From Orbicella franksi (Eukaryota), in assembly GCA_964199315.1 (NCBI GenBank), contig OZ116698.1, positions 21,886,001 through 21,950,000 of the forward strand: a DNA stretch of 64,000 bases, written 5' to 3'. Shown here piece by piece: positions 25,501 to 38,029 of this stretch. The notes below the pieces were generated by a model that was given only the letters and a program-made list of their open reading frames with translations, ran no database searches and had not been told where the DNA came from. A program made the position numbers and the translations under genes. How positions within the stretch are numbered: position 1 is the stretch's first letter; every line of letters begins with the position of its first letter.

Positions 25501-27240
25501 AAACTCTGGATATGTGGGTTGGCCATAAGTTGCTGAGCTTGTTTTAAACCCTTAGTATCATTCTTGACGTTGTCTTTTTCCTCTGTAGTTTCTCCTCGGA
25601 CTTCTCTAACAAGATGTCTGCAGACGTAAACGTTAGATGATTTTCACGTTATTGTCAATGATGCCGAGCAACACGAAAGGACGCTGTGGGTTTTACAAAG
25701 CGAAGCCACAGTTAAATAATAAATTGGGAAACTCAGGGTTCGTTAACATATTGACAGGTGTTTGACAATAATTATGTTAAACTATTCAAAACTATTCTTG
25801 GTGTACATCCAGAGTGTTTATGTAACAATGCCAAATATAATTGGAGGCATACATGATATCCGTGAATACTTTCAGTGTTCTTTCAGAAGACTACACGATA
25901 TACAGACAGATAAAAAGTTGATGATTTCCGTCCTTTTCATCACCGTTATACTGAACATTGGGAGGCAAAAAGAAATCTCTGATACTCATGATGCTAGACA
26001 TCAACATCCAATACCAGCAAAACATTCAGAAACTTCTAAATGAGCTTAATTTGCCCGAAGAGCCAGAATTGTATTGGATAGTTTTAGTTCTACATGATTA
26101 TCAATATTTTACGTCCACGAAACTTTAATTCGACCTCTGCCAAGTGTGAAATACAAGAATGAAATACAGTCGGTGTCTCTAACAGCAGTGCAGAGATGCC
26201 TTCTGCGGGTTTGCGGGTAAAATCGTTTAACCACGGAAATGTTTAATGAATTTTCCATAAATTGGCTCTGTGTTTTCAAGCTCTAACAGCTTATCGTTAA
26301 TATATTATTGAAAACCTTTTCACCACTGGGGTGCACAAGCCAAACTGTTTAAAGCAATCTCACACTGCAGCAACGCTTCCAGATTGCCACCACATCTTCA
26401 CGGGTTTGTTTCAGTACAGAAGAGCAAGGACATTCTACTAGACAGGTTGGTAAGTGTTTTATATACCTCAGGTAAAGGCCAAGCTTTATCAAAAAAGACG
26501 TCTCAGTGAAATTTGCTTGAAAATTTGAAATGTTGTAAGCTACGGTTAAGCATTATTAGAAAGCGATTAATGAAACCTCGAATTAACTTTAATAACAAAC
26601 ATTGCAACGATAAAGTAATGATGTGAATGAAAAGCTCTTGGTCTGAACAAATGTCACAGACGTCAAGTTTGTTCTCTCTTCGAGTATATCCCTAAGTTGT
26701 AAGCTGTCCTTGTGAAAACCCTATGTTTGTCTTTCTATTTCAATAAATATAACTTTATATGTTTCTTTGTTTCTTTGCACAATTATACCCATTTTCGGAT
26801 AGTAACTCTTGCTTTTTGTGACATTTTCTCGGCACTTCTTGGCGATTCCAGTAACTGCATTCGCAGTAAATAAGGGTTCCAGCCAGCAAATCAACAGATT
26901 TGTTTACATGCGAGCTATCGAATTTTGCGAACAAGAATACTAGCCAGATATTACAGAACTTTAATTTACCATACAACTGCACGTTTCTCAAGTCAGGATG
27001 GAAATACGAAGTCGAGTCTATGCATTTTTACCCGTGTCTTTTTTCATAATCCTCGCTTTCAGTTCCAAATTAAAATGAAATAAATTAAATTTACATAGGC
27101 AGGTAAACAAAGGAATCTTATAGCTAAACCAATGATTGCAAAGAATACATTTCCACGTGCAATAAAACAGGTTTGTAATATCAAGCAAAGAACAAAAAGT
27201 AAATATGCCCTGAAACCAATTTGTCGTTCAGTTTTAGAAA

Positions 27241-27498
27241 ATGGCAGATGACAAGGTGGCTGAGCTGGAGAAAAAACTAGCGGAGAAAACGACCGAGAAC
27301 GCCGAGTTGTTAGCCAAATGTGCAGCTTTGAAGGAACAGCTGGAGAAGCTTCTTAGAGAGGGAGGAGTGGACTGTTTGAAAGATAAACTGGGTGAACTAG
27401 CATGCGGGTCAGATGATGCGGAGGATGATGGGGAAGAAAAACCACCCGTGGAAGCTGCGGCAGACGTTCTCACCAAAAAAGCAATGTCGTTCTTTTGA
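27241..27498 (+). CDS. 85-aa leucine-zipper/acidic microprotein
   Basis: Acceptor CAGTTTTAG| immediately before AAAATGGCA (good start context). The ORF is more GC-rich than its flanks and has a heptad N-half and acidic C-half; TGA at 27496-27498. Confidence 0.75.
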   Translation: MADDKVAELEKKLAEKTTENAELLAKCAALKEQLEKLLREGGVDCLKDKLGELACGSDDAEDDGEEKPPVEAAADVLTKKAMSFF

Positions 27499-29809
27499 TA
27501 ATCTTAATAATACGAATTGTATCAAAACACAACGGCCGTGTAATAAGCCGCTTCATTAATTAATTGCAGTCGGTTTTACAGTTGTATAAAGATTTATTTC
27601 ATTGCTCCTTTTTGCCATTTCAAAGGATTTAAGTAGATAGAAGTTTAATTTTGCAAGCTGACCAATCAGATCAGAAAGGTCGCTAACACTGTTTTGTAAT
27701 ATCACGGGTGAAATATTCTTGGATATATAAATTCAAACAACGATAAGTAGAAATAATCTCCTTCCCGATTTCCATACCTTTTCTGTTATCATCCTCTGGA
27801 GAATTTGGATATCAATCCAGTTTCATGAGATGATCAACACCTAGATTCTCCCGATATGTTCAGTTTGATTTTTCGTAAAGAGGTAAATACAATTGAGCAA
27901 TTTATAAGCTGAGGAACGTTTCAGATTAATGCCAGGAATTTTAAATAGTTTGTCATCGAAAATAGCAAAACACGTGTCAATAAAGTAAAAAAAAGCTATT
28001 CTCCTTGTGAAGTTTCTTCCTGGAATTATTTATGTTAGACACCTCTCTCGTAGATTCTCCGTTGTACATCTCGCTTGCACTTAACCAAATTTAGTTCCCG
28101 CAGTAGACGTTACAGCAGGCAACTTCAAGAAAAGCTTACAAATTACAAAGAATAAAATGAAAACATCCCGTTCACGAGCTAACACAACGCTAAATCGTAG
28201 CCGAAAATATGGATAATTTATCGAGTTAATTAAGGCAGAAACAACTGATTTTACAGTGTTTCTTTCGCACGCTTGAATTTCATTTTAAGACGTTTGTACA
28301 ATAACATTACATTCGTGGGTAATTTCCAGTGTTGTTATTATCTTATTTAAATCAAGGTGGAAAAGCGATTATCGTTAAATTACAGATTCGGTGTTGAAGT
28401 TTCGCTAATTTTGAACAGCATCTTCAATTGCTGCCAAGTCTACTGAGAAGACGGCACTAAATAAAAATATAACACATCATGGCAAACTATCAATAACGAA
28501 TCGCCAAACGGGAAACTGCCAATAACTCGATGACAAAACACTATTGTCTTTATTTAAGAACATAACACAAGGAAAAACGCAGAAAAATTAAAATCAAAAT
28601 CAGGTATCAGCTATTATGCCAAAGGAAATAATTTACATGAGATCTGAGGAGGTTTAAAAACATTTTCATAATTTAAATTGCCAAATTAAACAAGCTATAT
28701 ACCTAACATATTAGTTTCGATTTTAATCAGGTGCGCTTTTGATTGCATTACTCGCTGGCCAATACATTCGCTACGATCGACATTTGTGCCCAGGTTTAAT
28801 TTATTTGAAGTTGTCTTTCTTTACACATTGAGTTGTTTCGAGCAAACATTTCCGACGATAATAATCAGTTTCATTTAGTCGAGCGGTTTCCTTACCTAGA
28901 GCTTTTTAAGACGCAATTATCGTCCCGCGAAGCAATATGGCGACAAACGATGAAGTTACTTTTGGAAAACTAAATGACCCGTTTTCGATATTTCACTCAA
29001 CGCAAAAAGCGAAGTAGTAGGTTTTAACTCAGTTTGTTGCTTTGCCAAAAGGGGAGAAAAAATAAGTGAAAAGCAAATGATAGCATGTCAGATAGCAATT
29101 GAAGATCGGTTTTCTCCAGGGCAGATGATTAAAAAAGAAAGGAGAATTAGCATAACTCAAAATATTGTCCCCTAAAGTCTAAACATATCCTGCGCTAGAT
29201 GTTCCGCATCAACTGAATTGTTTCTTTTGTTGGTTGAATCCTTTCAAGAAAAATCAGGAAAGAATTATAAAAGTACAAAATTGTTAAGAATTAAAACTGA
29301 AAACTTAAACTAAACGGGAAGTGCCTTCAACAGTTAAACTAAATACGTTAAGGAACGGACAAATATCACAGTTCCAGCCAAGGAGAAAGAGAAAATTAAT
29401 TTTTTACTCTATTCTTGTTGCTTTAAGGGCCCTTGAAAGAAGTCTGTAAATTGCAGTCTTCAACGACGTAAATATCGAAATCAACTAAACTAATAGCCCC
29501 TGGAAAGTCAAAAGAAATCCTATGTATCTTTTCTCCTGGTAAACTAAACGCAAGCTCAATATGTAGACGATTAAAACACGATTTGTGTTTAGGCGAGAAC
29601 AGTAAATCTACCGAAAACTTGAACTCTGTTTTCTGATCTCTGATATAAAAAAAAGCTACGTTTTAACTGAGCTTTAACGTCATCCCACTTGGATTCTATA
29701 TAATACTGGACAATTAACGAGAATTTTCGCACCATAACCACCTCAAAAAATCGTACGGTTCATTGTTTCTATTACATAACCTGTTTTATTCACCCTTCTT
29801 CAGCAGAAA

Positions 29810-30982
29810 TTATCCTCGAAAACTCGGACCAGACTCCAGAAATCTCGGCAAAAGGAGCAACTTTTTTTCCTGCTGCGGCTTCGCTTCTGTTGTCGATTCT
29901 GTTACCTGATCTTGGTGTATATCAGACCTGGCAGGCCCCACGTTGGACAAGCTTCCCCGCGGTCTCACCGAGAAAGACCCTTGGCGCTGTTGTTCGTTCC
30001 TGCTTCTGAAGTCATTGTCCATGCTTCCCGATCCGGGCGTTATGACATCTCCGACGTGAACCCGCGTTGCTGACGAAAAACCGAATACGTTTCGCATGGC
30101 GCGTCGAAGTTCCCGCATTTTCCAGTAATACATGACCGGATTTACCGAGGCGTTTATCAACGCCACTGTTTTTGCAACTTCCCACAAAATGGTCTGATTA
30201 ACGCTGCTGAAGTCAGAGTCTGATTCCAAGTAATGAATCATGGCGTAAAAAGTAGGTGAGTAGAATATGAAAAACAACATCACCAGGTACAGCATGGTGG
30301 TCGACGACTTTCTATGTTTTCGTAAGTTCACAGATTGGGGTTGCAGCTTGGCTTGACTCTCAATGAGAGCTTTGTGACGCCGCAGTATCAGAAATAACTT
30401 AATATACGTAAAAAGCAATAGAAGCGCGGCTGCTGTAATAACAATAAGGCCGACCATTGTGAAACTGTACATATTAAGACCTAACGGCCAGGCGATGACG
30501 GACGCCGTGCAAAAGAACCAAGTTGACCCAATCGACGAGAGCGTCCGAGACATCGTGACAATTTCACGATATCTGAGGTGGAAATGTAAGGCGAGCCAGC
30601 GCTCGGTGCTAATCAACACCAAGGTACAGATCGATAGAAACATGAATAAGAGTAACAGGGTCTCTTTGGCATACCACAGCGCGCAGGAAAAGCGCAGTCC
30701 ATCGACGAGAATGGCATTGTGTGCGATGTACAGAGGTTGTATGACGCATCCCACCAAGAGATCCGTCGTGGCCAGTGAGCACAGGAGGACGTAGGGAGGA
30801 TTGTGCAAGGATGGCGTTTTCAAAATCGCGTAAATAACTGGCAAGTTCTGGAAGGTAGTCGTCAACGCAAAAATCGAATTCAACACGATGACCGCGATGT
30901 TAGTCCCGAATAGCTGACGTCGTCGCTCGGGATTATCGACCATAAAAGAACAGTTAGTTGTAAGGCTGTTGACCTCGGTCAT
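29810..30982 (-). CDS. Rhodopsin-class GPCR, melanocortin/adenosine-receptor-like orphan, single coding exon
   Basis: Seven hydrophobic segments; LATTDLLVG (TM2), ISTERWLALHFHLRY (TM3 D/ERY variant), FYSP (TM6), NPVMY (TM7); very short Cys-less ECL2; 5'UTR acceptor TTTTTTTCAG| at 31053. Confidence 0.95.
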   Translation of the reverse strand: MTEVNSLTTNCSFMVDNPERRRQLFGTNIAVIVLNSIFALTTTFQNLPVIYAILKTPSLHNPPYVLLCSLATTDLLVGCVIQPLYIAHNAILVDGLRFSCALWYAKETLLLLFMFLSICTLVLISTERWLALHFHLRYREIVTMSRTLSSIGSTWFFCTASVIAWPLGLNMYSFTMVGLIVITAAALLLLFTYIKLFLILRRHKALIESQAKLQPQSVNLRKHRKSSTTMLYLVMLFFIFYSPTFYAMIHYLESDSDFSSVNQTILWEVAKTVALINASVNPVMYYWKMRELRRAMRNVFGFSSATRVHVGDVITPGSGSMDNDFRSRNEQQRQGSFSVRPRGSLSNVGPARSDIHQDQVTESTTEAKPQQEKKLLLLPRFLESGPSFRG

Positions 30983-32672
30983 CTTGTGGATATCGTGGAA
31001 GGAGGACTAGTCCTCTAAACCTGTCATCAACAACGGCGACGGATACGCTCTCTGAAAAAAATTACAAACACAAGACTGAAATCTCCAATCGTGTCGTTTC
31101 CTCGCACTCATTACGTGTTACACTCCACTGAAAAAGCGCGCTCATGTGCAAATAGCCACTTTGTTGTTGCTAGGTGCTAAACACGCAAGAAACTTGATCC
31201 CTCTAAGCAGGAACGCACTAATCGTTCGCATCCAAGACGCCAAAATAATGCTCATTCAATTACAATGAATTGCGCGGAAAGAGTCATTTACACGCTTAAT
31301 GTCATGCGCATTCTTAATCAACACGGAGAAAGTCAAAGGTCTCGGAACAATTTGATCTCAACAAATAGTTTTGCGCAGGTGGGATTTGCCAATAAAGAAT
31401 AAGGGAGAAACTGTTGCTGACAACATCACGTTTTTAAATAACGACTTTTGCATCGTAATTATGCTCGATCTAAACTGTAGATCAGTGAATATCAGTTTGG
31501 CTGGTTTGTCAGCCATATTTCCTAGTTATTTTAAACAATAATAAGAATGGCCGCGGTGAATAGCATTTTTAAGTCTTTAGGGTAAATGTAAATATTCAAA
31601 TGAAGGCTGACAAGAGAACCGCCCTAGCCTGGATGTCTTCACACAACGACATGGGCCGTTAAGAAGAGTTTTGTTAACGTGGAACAAATTGATATCATGA
31701 ACGTGTAACAAATTGATATCATGAATTCGAATGTGATCAGTGTTATCAAGAGCACCTCGGAGTGAAATTTACGGCTTGTTAAAACCAATGAGAGACGTTC
31801 CCTGTATGTTGGGGTAAATACCAATTTCCTGCCTCGTATATTTTTTTAGTGCAGTATCTGACATAGCCGCGGGCATAGTCGCGCACCTGCAACTGATATT
31901 TCAAACGAAAACAAAAGAATGAAAAACGCTGTTGGAGGGAGAATGGTCACGTCCGCTTTTCTAATGGCGTCAGAAACGTGACTGCAGAGCTTTAGTTGGT
32001 ACCAAGAATTACATGACTGAACCAACGAATGATCAGGAATTACTACACAAACCGCTGAAATTTCGGTTTCAAGCTCGGTTTGTACACAAGTGCCAAGCGA
32101 GAACAGTTAAGAATGCCATCTTCATTGATCCCAGTCGAACATAACTACAGTCAAAGATCACTTAATTTAAGATAAAAAGCCCTGGTGAAACCATAACATA
32201 ACAAATAAATACATTGCGGCATTTCAAGTAAACTATTAAGTCCTTGATCCAAGGCACAGTTCAGTTTAAATCAAATACTAAACTAGAAGACCTTTTCAAT
32301 ATATTTTTACAGAACAAGTCAGTCATTTCCGTACCAGGACTCGGCCATTTCAAGTTGAGAAAAAAGCTTTCACTTATCTTGTTTTTTCTGTATGCATGAC
32401 CCTGTTTTTAAACATCTAGGTACAAAGTTTGAACATGTTTCCTGCAGCGAGAGAGGAAGCTTTAACAATGGCAAAACGAAATTAAACAGTATTTTCTTCC
32501 TTTGGTAAACAATTGTTTCACTTTAAATTTACATGTCTTGCCTGTTATTGCAACTTGGAAATACGATATGATGTCATGTTTTACAAACAAGCCCTCGAAA
32601 TTGGAGAACTTGAACAGCACCATACTTGCACTTAACATAATCATAAGTGACGAAACACGCTACCACTCTCTT

Positions 32673-33120
32673 TCTTGCATGAAGTAAAATACAACTTGTT
32701 GTCAACCTCCTCCAATGGCTTTCAGAGCTAACAACGATACAGACAATTGTAAATAATGAAAAGCGCAATAAAAAAATACCCAGTGACGTCCTGCCAAATT
32801 TGCAAATATCTTTACTAAATTTGCATGGCTCTTGCACGAAGTAAAGTACAACTTGTTGTCAACCTCCTCCAATGGCATTCAGAGCTAACAACCATACAGA
32901 CAATTGTAAATAATGAAAAGCGGAATTAAAAATACCCAGTGACGTCCTCCCAAATTTGCAAATATCTTTACTAAATCTGCATGGCTCTTGCACGAAGTAA
33001 AGTACAAGTTGTTGTCAACCTCCTCCAATGGCATTCAAAGATAACAACCATACAGACAATTGTAACTAACGAAAAGCGCAATTAAAAAACTCCAATGACA
33101 TTCTGCTTAATTTGTAAATA
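32673..33120. repeat. Tandem array of about 2.9 copies of a 156-157-bp unit
   Basis: The unit start TCTTGCA(T/C)GAAGTAAA recurs at 32673, 32830 and 32986; the third copy is more diverged. Confidence 0.9.
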
Positions 33121-33285
33121 CCTAGACCAAATTTTAGGTTTTAAAAGGACATCCAGATGTAAATTTCTAGACTATTAACTCGCTTTTACAGAGGTTCTTA
33201 CATAGACTTTCTTGACGAGCCTGAACATCGTTTGTGAAGGAGCCTACTAAAGTAAAGACATAACTCCTAGACGTACTAGTGTTCA

Positions 33286-33642
33286 CGCCCTGTCCACACT
33301 AAGCCGGAGGAATTTGTAAACGGAGCCTTATTTCTCCGGTTAGGCCTACCGTCCACACTAGTCCGTCACTAGTCCGTCATTCAAAGGAATTTGAAAACGC
33401 CGGCTTTGCGTTTTAGTGTGGACATCAAAACATTTTGAAAACGAAGCTTTTAGAAAACGATGACGTCACGATAATCATGATATTTCCCCGCCTGAGTTGT
33501 ACTCAAACACAAATCCAAAATGGCCGGTGATTCTTGCGTTTTCTAACTTCTCCGGCGTAGTGTGGACGGAAAACATTTGATGCATTTTCAGAGTGAAACC
33601 TCCGTTTTCAAATTCCTTCGGCGTAGTGTGGATGCGGCCTTA
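33286..33642. mobile_element. MITE with GTCCACACTA-type TIRs (PIF/Harbinger-like)
   Basis: Left GCCCTGTCCACACTAAGCCGGAGGAATTTG; right CAAATTCCTTCGGCGTAGTGTGGATGCGGCC-TTA; internal repeats of both arms. Confidence 0.75.
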
Positions 33643-33747
33643 GTGTCATGGCATTTCACCCTTCCACGCTCAAGGGATCAACATAACCATTCTCAAGACT
33701 TGAGTCGACACCTGTCCTGCAATACTGTTGACTTAGTAGAATTTTGC

Positions 33748-34032
33748 TAAGTGATCAGTACTTTTTATTCTAACGATCAGTCTGTTGAATTTGTAGTTGT
33801 TATGGCCAATTACAATGCGCGGAAAGAGTCATTTAGACGCTTAATGTCACGTGCATTCTCAAATAAATACGGAGAAAGTTAAACGTCTCGTAACAAATTG
33901 ATCTCAACAAATAGTGGGATTTGCCAATAATGAATTAGGGAGAAATTGTTGCTGACAACATCACGCTTTTACATAAGTGATCAGTAATTTTTATTCTAAC
34001 GACCAGTCTATTGAATTTGTATTGGTATGGCC
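33748..34032. repeat. 59-bp direct repeats enclosing a 170-bp segment that is also present at 31257-31441
   Basis: TAAGTGATCAGTA...ATGGCC occurs at 33748-33807 and 33974-34032. The enclosed CAATTACAATG...CAACATCACG matches 31257-31441. Confidence 0.85.
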
Positions 34033-34198
34033 TGAAGAATCTTGATAATCATACAAAGCTGACGGGTAAGCTTATGGTGGAAACGTTTAACGTCCAACGC
34101 CCAAAGAAAGTTTTGTAAGAAAAAAAAAGGAAAATGTTTTTGTGTCTACTTTTTACATCAAATTTATCAGTTTCTTGAATATCATTCTGCTTAGTAAT

Positions 34199-34641
34199 AG
34201 TAATTGGACCGAGTGGAGTGCAATTCAGGGAGTAATTGCGCGAATAATTTCAAAATCGAACGATCGCGAAGCACGTCCGATAAATTAATCGCACTAATTA
34301 ATCGTATCTATGACAAATTAATCGTATCTATACAAAATTCTCGATCGTGATTGGTTCTCCGCGCGCCTATTTGACACGTAATTGGCGCGCGATCACGTGG
34401 GTGTCCAATTACAGGTATCCAATTTGAACTTTTCGTAACTGGATACCTGTAATTGGATACCCACGTGATTCGCACGTCAATTACGCGCTCTTTAATGGCT
34501 TCCTTCGCATTGTTTCCTACAGTTTTAAAAACTTATAAAAGCGTTACAGACGTTTTCGCTCAAAAGAAGTTCTCACAAGACATTTTTAATTCCGAAATTT
34601 GTTATAGATACGCTTAATTAGTAATTGGATCTCGTGTCGTG

Positions 34642-34682
<41 letters not shown>

Positions 34683-34820
34683 TGTGCTTCGCGCTCCTCC
34701 AATTTTGGAGTTATTCGCGCGATTACTCTCTGAATTGTACTCCACTCGGTCCAATTACTTTTACAAATAGGCGAGCGGAGAACCAATCACGATCGAGAAT
34801 TTAGTTATAGATACGACTAA
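34199..34820. mobile_element. Nested foldback/MITE composite
   Basis: 38-bp inverted pair AGTAATTGGACCGAGTGGAGTGCAATTCAGGGAGTAAT at 34199 and ending at 34759. A second inverted pair lies at about 34318-34375 / 34763-34820, and a central 28-bp stem at about 34394-34468. Confidence 0.8.
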
Positions 34821-36595
34821 TCGAAATATTGGGCTGAATTAACTTGTCAGAAGGAGGGGACCCTGGTCGTTTTCTATTTACCCCAAAACTCGGGAATTTT
34901 GGTCAGAATGTAAATGGTAAAACAATTTTAGCTCGACTAACCGGAAAATTTTCCAAATAAACGGAACGTCTTGAAAGGTAGCCCAAAATTTCCAAATGAA
35001 ATATCCGAGAGGAAATGTGCTTACAATTTGCAGTTATCTTGGAATTATGATCAGGTCGAACTCGTCCTAGTCTCTTTGTAGTAAATGGTTTTTGTGTGGG
35101 ATTTCCCACACTTTGTCAACACCAGCGATATCTATTTATTTATTTATTTGTCCACGAGAGCAAAGCGTTTATCACGTGGTTTCTACTTGGCATGTAGACT
35201 GGGTTCCACTAGCAAAAGGTTGAGTGTTTTTGTGCGGCGGTCATTGGTGTGATTACTCTTAGCGGGTGTTGTTTTTTGGCGAATTTTGACTTATTTTTGA
35301 GATTCGGAGGGAGTCTTAGGCCTTAGGTCTTAGTGTTTTTCAGACAGTCGCTGCCGTATTTATTGTTGACGCGCCATTTATTATAAGGTGGGTAAACGTT
35401 CGCTTTCTGCATATGCGCGAAATTCTTGGATGAATAAGGAACAATCAGTCAATCATACAACAATCATACGAAGTTCCAGTTCTCGGACAGAACTTTCTGC
35501 AATTACATATTTAAATTGTCACATTGAAATTCCTTCGATCAGATGAAAATCCCGACAATTTCTGCGGAAATGAAATTCTCGTCACATGTTCTAGTAAACA
35601 TTGTGCATGTCGGGCCGCACAGTCCGCAACTGTCGGAAGAAAATTTACGCTTGATTGATTTCATTACTTTCAACTCCCGTCTGTTGCTTAAATCAGCATT
35701 TTTATATCAACAACCGAAGTTTTACGGACAGATATAACATAATTGCAAAGCCCAGTGTTTTCCTGTGTATTTATGGTTAGCAAGTTGAGGTCCTCTCGAC
35801 TGATAAACTATGATTTCTTGATACGTTGCGTAACGTGCAGTTTCCTCAGACTCACAAGTTTAAATGGACTAAATATTTGCATTTGCCTTCAAACTTCACG
35901 CTAAATATTTTCTGGTCATGTTTAAGCACAAAAGCTAATGTCTAAAAATATAATTTACGTACAGTTTTCTCAGCTGGAAGCACGAATATTAGCTGACATT
36001 TGCAGTCGGAGGTGATTTATCGTAAACAAACTCCGTGCAACCAGCGAACGATTTTAATATTTCCGCTGACGAATAAAAGTAGAGAGCATTTCTGATGCCG
36101 CTCCATGTGCATTGAGGTGGGGGGTGGGGGGGGGGGGGGGGAGCGTCTGCGTAAGAGCTGAGGCGATCTGAATTATTTGTCTCCACTGGAGCTAATCAAC
36201 ACATCCCAGGAAACATGTAGCCCATGAAATAAAGCTATTCCCACAGTAAACATCCCCAAGCCAACGCGATTCAAAAGTCGTGTTCGTGAACATTAATTGT
36301 CCCAGTTATGTAGCACGTCATCTGGCATCCCGACGAAACAGGCCACGTTATTGTTGATTGCACCGTCCAGAATCACACCCAAAAACTAAACCTTCTCGTG
36401 TGCACTTGCTTTTCGATGTCATTTATTTTCGGCCCTGCTGCGAAAAACAAGCCTAACTTGCAAAATGTGTTAACTTTAATAACTCTTTCAATGATCCCCT
36501 CCCCCTAATAACTTGGGGCTATATATATGTCTGCTGACTTTTGTTTTTGTTTTTTTGTTTGTTTTTTTTTGGCTGGGTTTTAGTATACGTTGTGA

Positions 36596-36892
36596 AACAA
36601 CGGTTACACGGGATTTTGCCAAGGTAACAAAAATGGCACGCGGAGGAACCATTTTTCCTTTTCGGTTACATATTAATGACAAACGGAGAGACGTGATTTG
36701 CTCGTAATACCTTGGACATCAAAACACCGTACTACATTAAATGTCAAGGGCGCTGCATGTGATCTTTTTGATGTATCCATGGGTATTAACCACAGGAAAT
36801 TAACCTCCAGAAATATTGGTCATACTCACTAAATGTAGTTTCCCGTTGTAAAAGGGTCATTTACCACGGTAAAGAGTTCCGTGTAACCGAAC
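36596..36892. repeat. Palindromic MITE-like relic
   Basis: GGTTACACGG / CCGTGTAACC and AATACCTTGGACATCAAAA / TTTTGATGTATCCATGGGTATT inverted pairs. Confidence 0.45.
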
Positions 36893-38029
36893 CCTAAGGG
36901 AGCGAATTTCCTGGAAACTAAAGTCCAGACATATTTCTCATGTAGCCGTTTTTTCGTCTGCAGCTTGGAATCTTATAACCAGGGCTCTACGGTATCTTTA
37001 CTCGACGTTCATCACGACAAAACGACAAAATGTATAAATATTCACTGTAAAGCTACAATTTCTCTGATTTATCCATAGCGCATCACCTCTTATTTGACTG
37101 AAATCCCACACAAGTTCGCATTGCGGACCTATTTTTTTTGAGTGAATGGTAAATGGCCAATCCCAACAGAACTTACCATCAGGCATTTTTGCTTTCCATT
37201 TGCCTAAACCGTTGACGAACCGGTTTCTTCGTGTAAATGTTAAACAAGTAAAACAACTCCTGTTTTCAGGTGTTCTATCAGCATTACATTTGTTCCAGTA
37301 TTTAAAAACTAACTAACCCATAAAATGACAAACAGACGAAACAATCAACCGAGAGAAGATGAGTCGTCATTAGAATTTCAAACCCTTAATTAGCAAAGAA
37401 CAACCGTTAACCCTAAAAGGGCGGCATTCTTAACACCCTGCTACTAATAGAGGCTTCCAGTGATCTCGGTGAAGCGACAAAATTTCAATGAATGAAACTT
37501 GGCGTGCGATCGTTTTTTTTCCAGTTAAAACGGTCGCACGGTTTCATTTGATAAATGGCAAAGGTAACTCGATGTCTGTGAGGCAAAAGCTACTCGGAGG
37601 GCAATTATATTTCTTCTTGACAAAAAGGTGACACGCAAAACTGAACAGACACACAGCTGACAATGTCGACGTTGCGATAATTTTAACCATTTATGCACCC
37701 GTCAATTGTTTTGCACTTGAACAAGAAGGCTATGAAACTTTACAAGAGCTTCGAGGATATCTATCAAATTTTCAGATTAAGTCAATAGCGCAAAAAATAT
37801 TGCACTAGAATATTTTTAACCTAAAATCGGTAGAAAAGAAAGAATATTCAGCCTGGACTGGTAAAAAAAAAAATATTCTTATTAAAAAAAGAATGTGTCG
37901 ACAAGACATAAATGTCACAGGCTGACATTTGAAAGACATATAGCGTAAGTTACGCCTGAGAGGCACTTCGCGAGCGATTAATTTACTTTACTATCATATG
38001 CCATGCGCAGTAATTACATGTGATCAACC

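Noticed and set aside
32673-33120. CRISPR-like array
   Set aside because: Whole units are repeated with no unique spacers; eukaryotic context and no cas genes.
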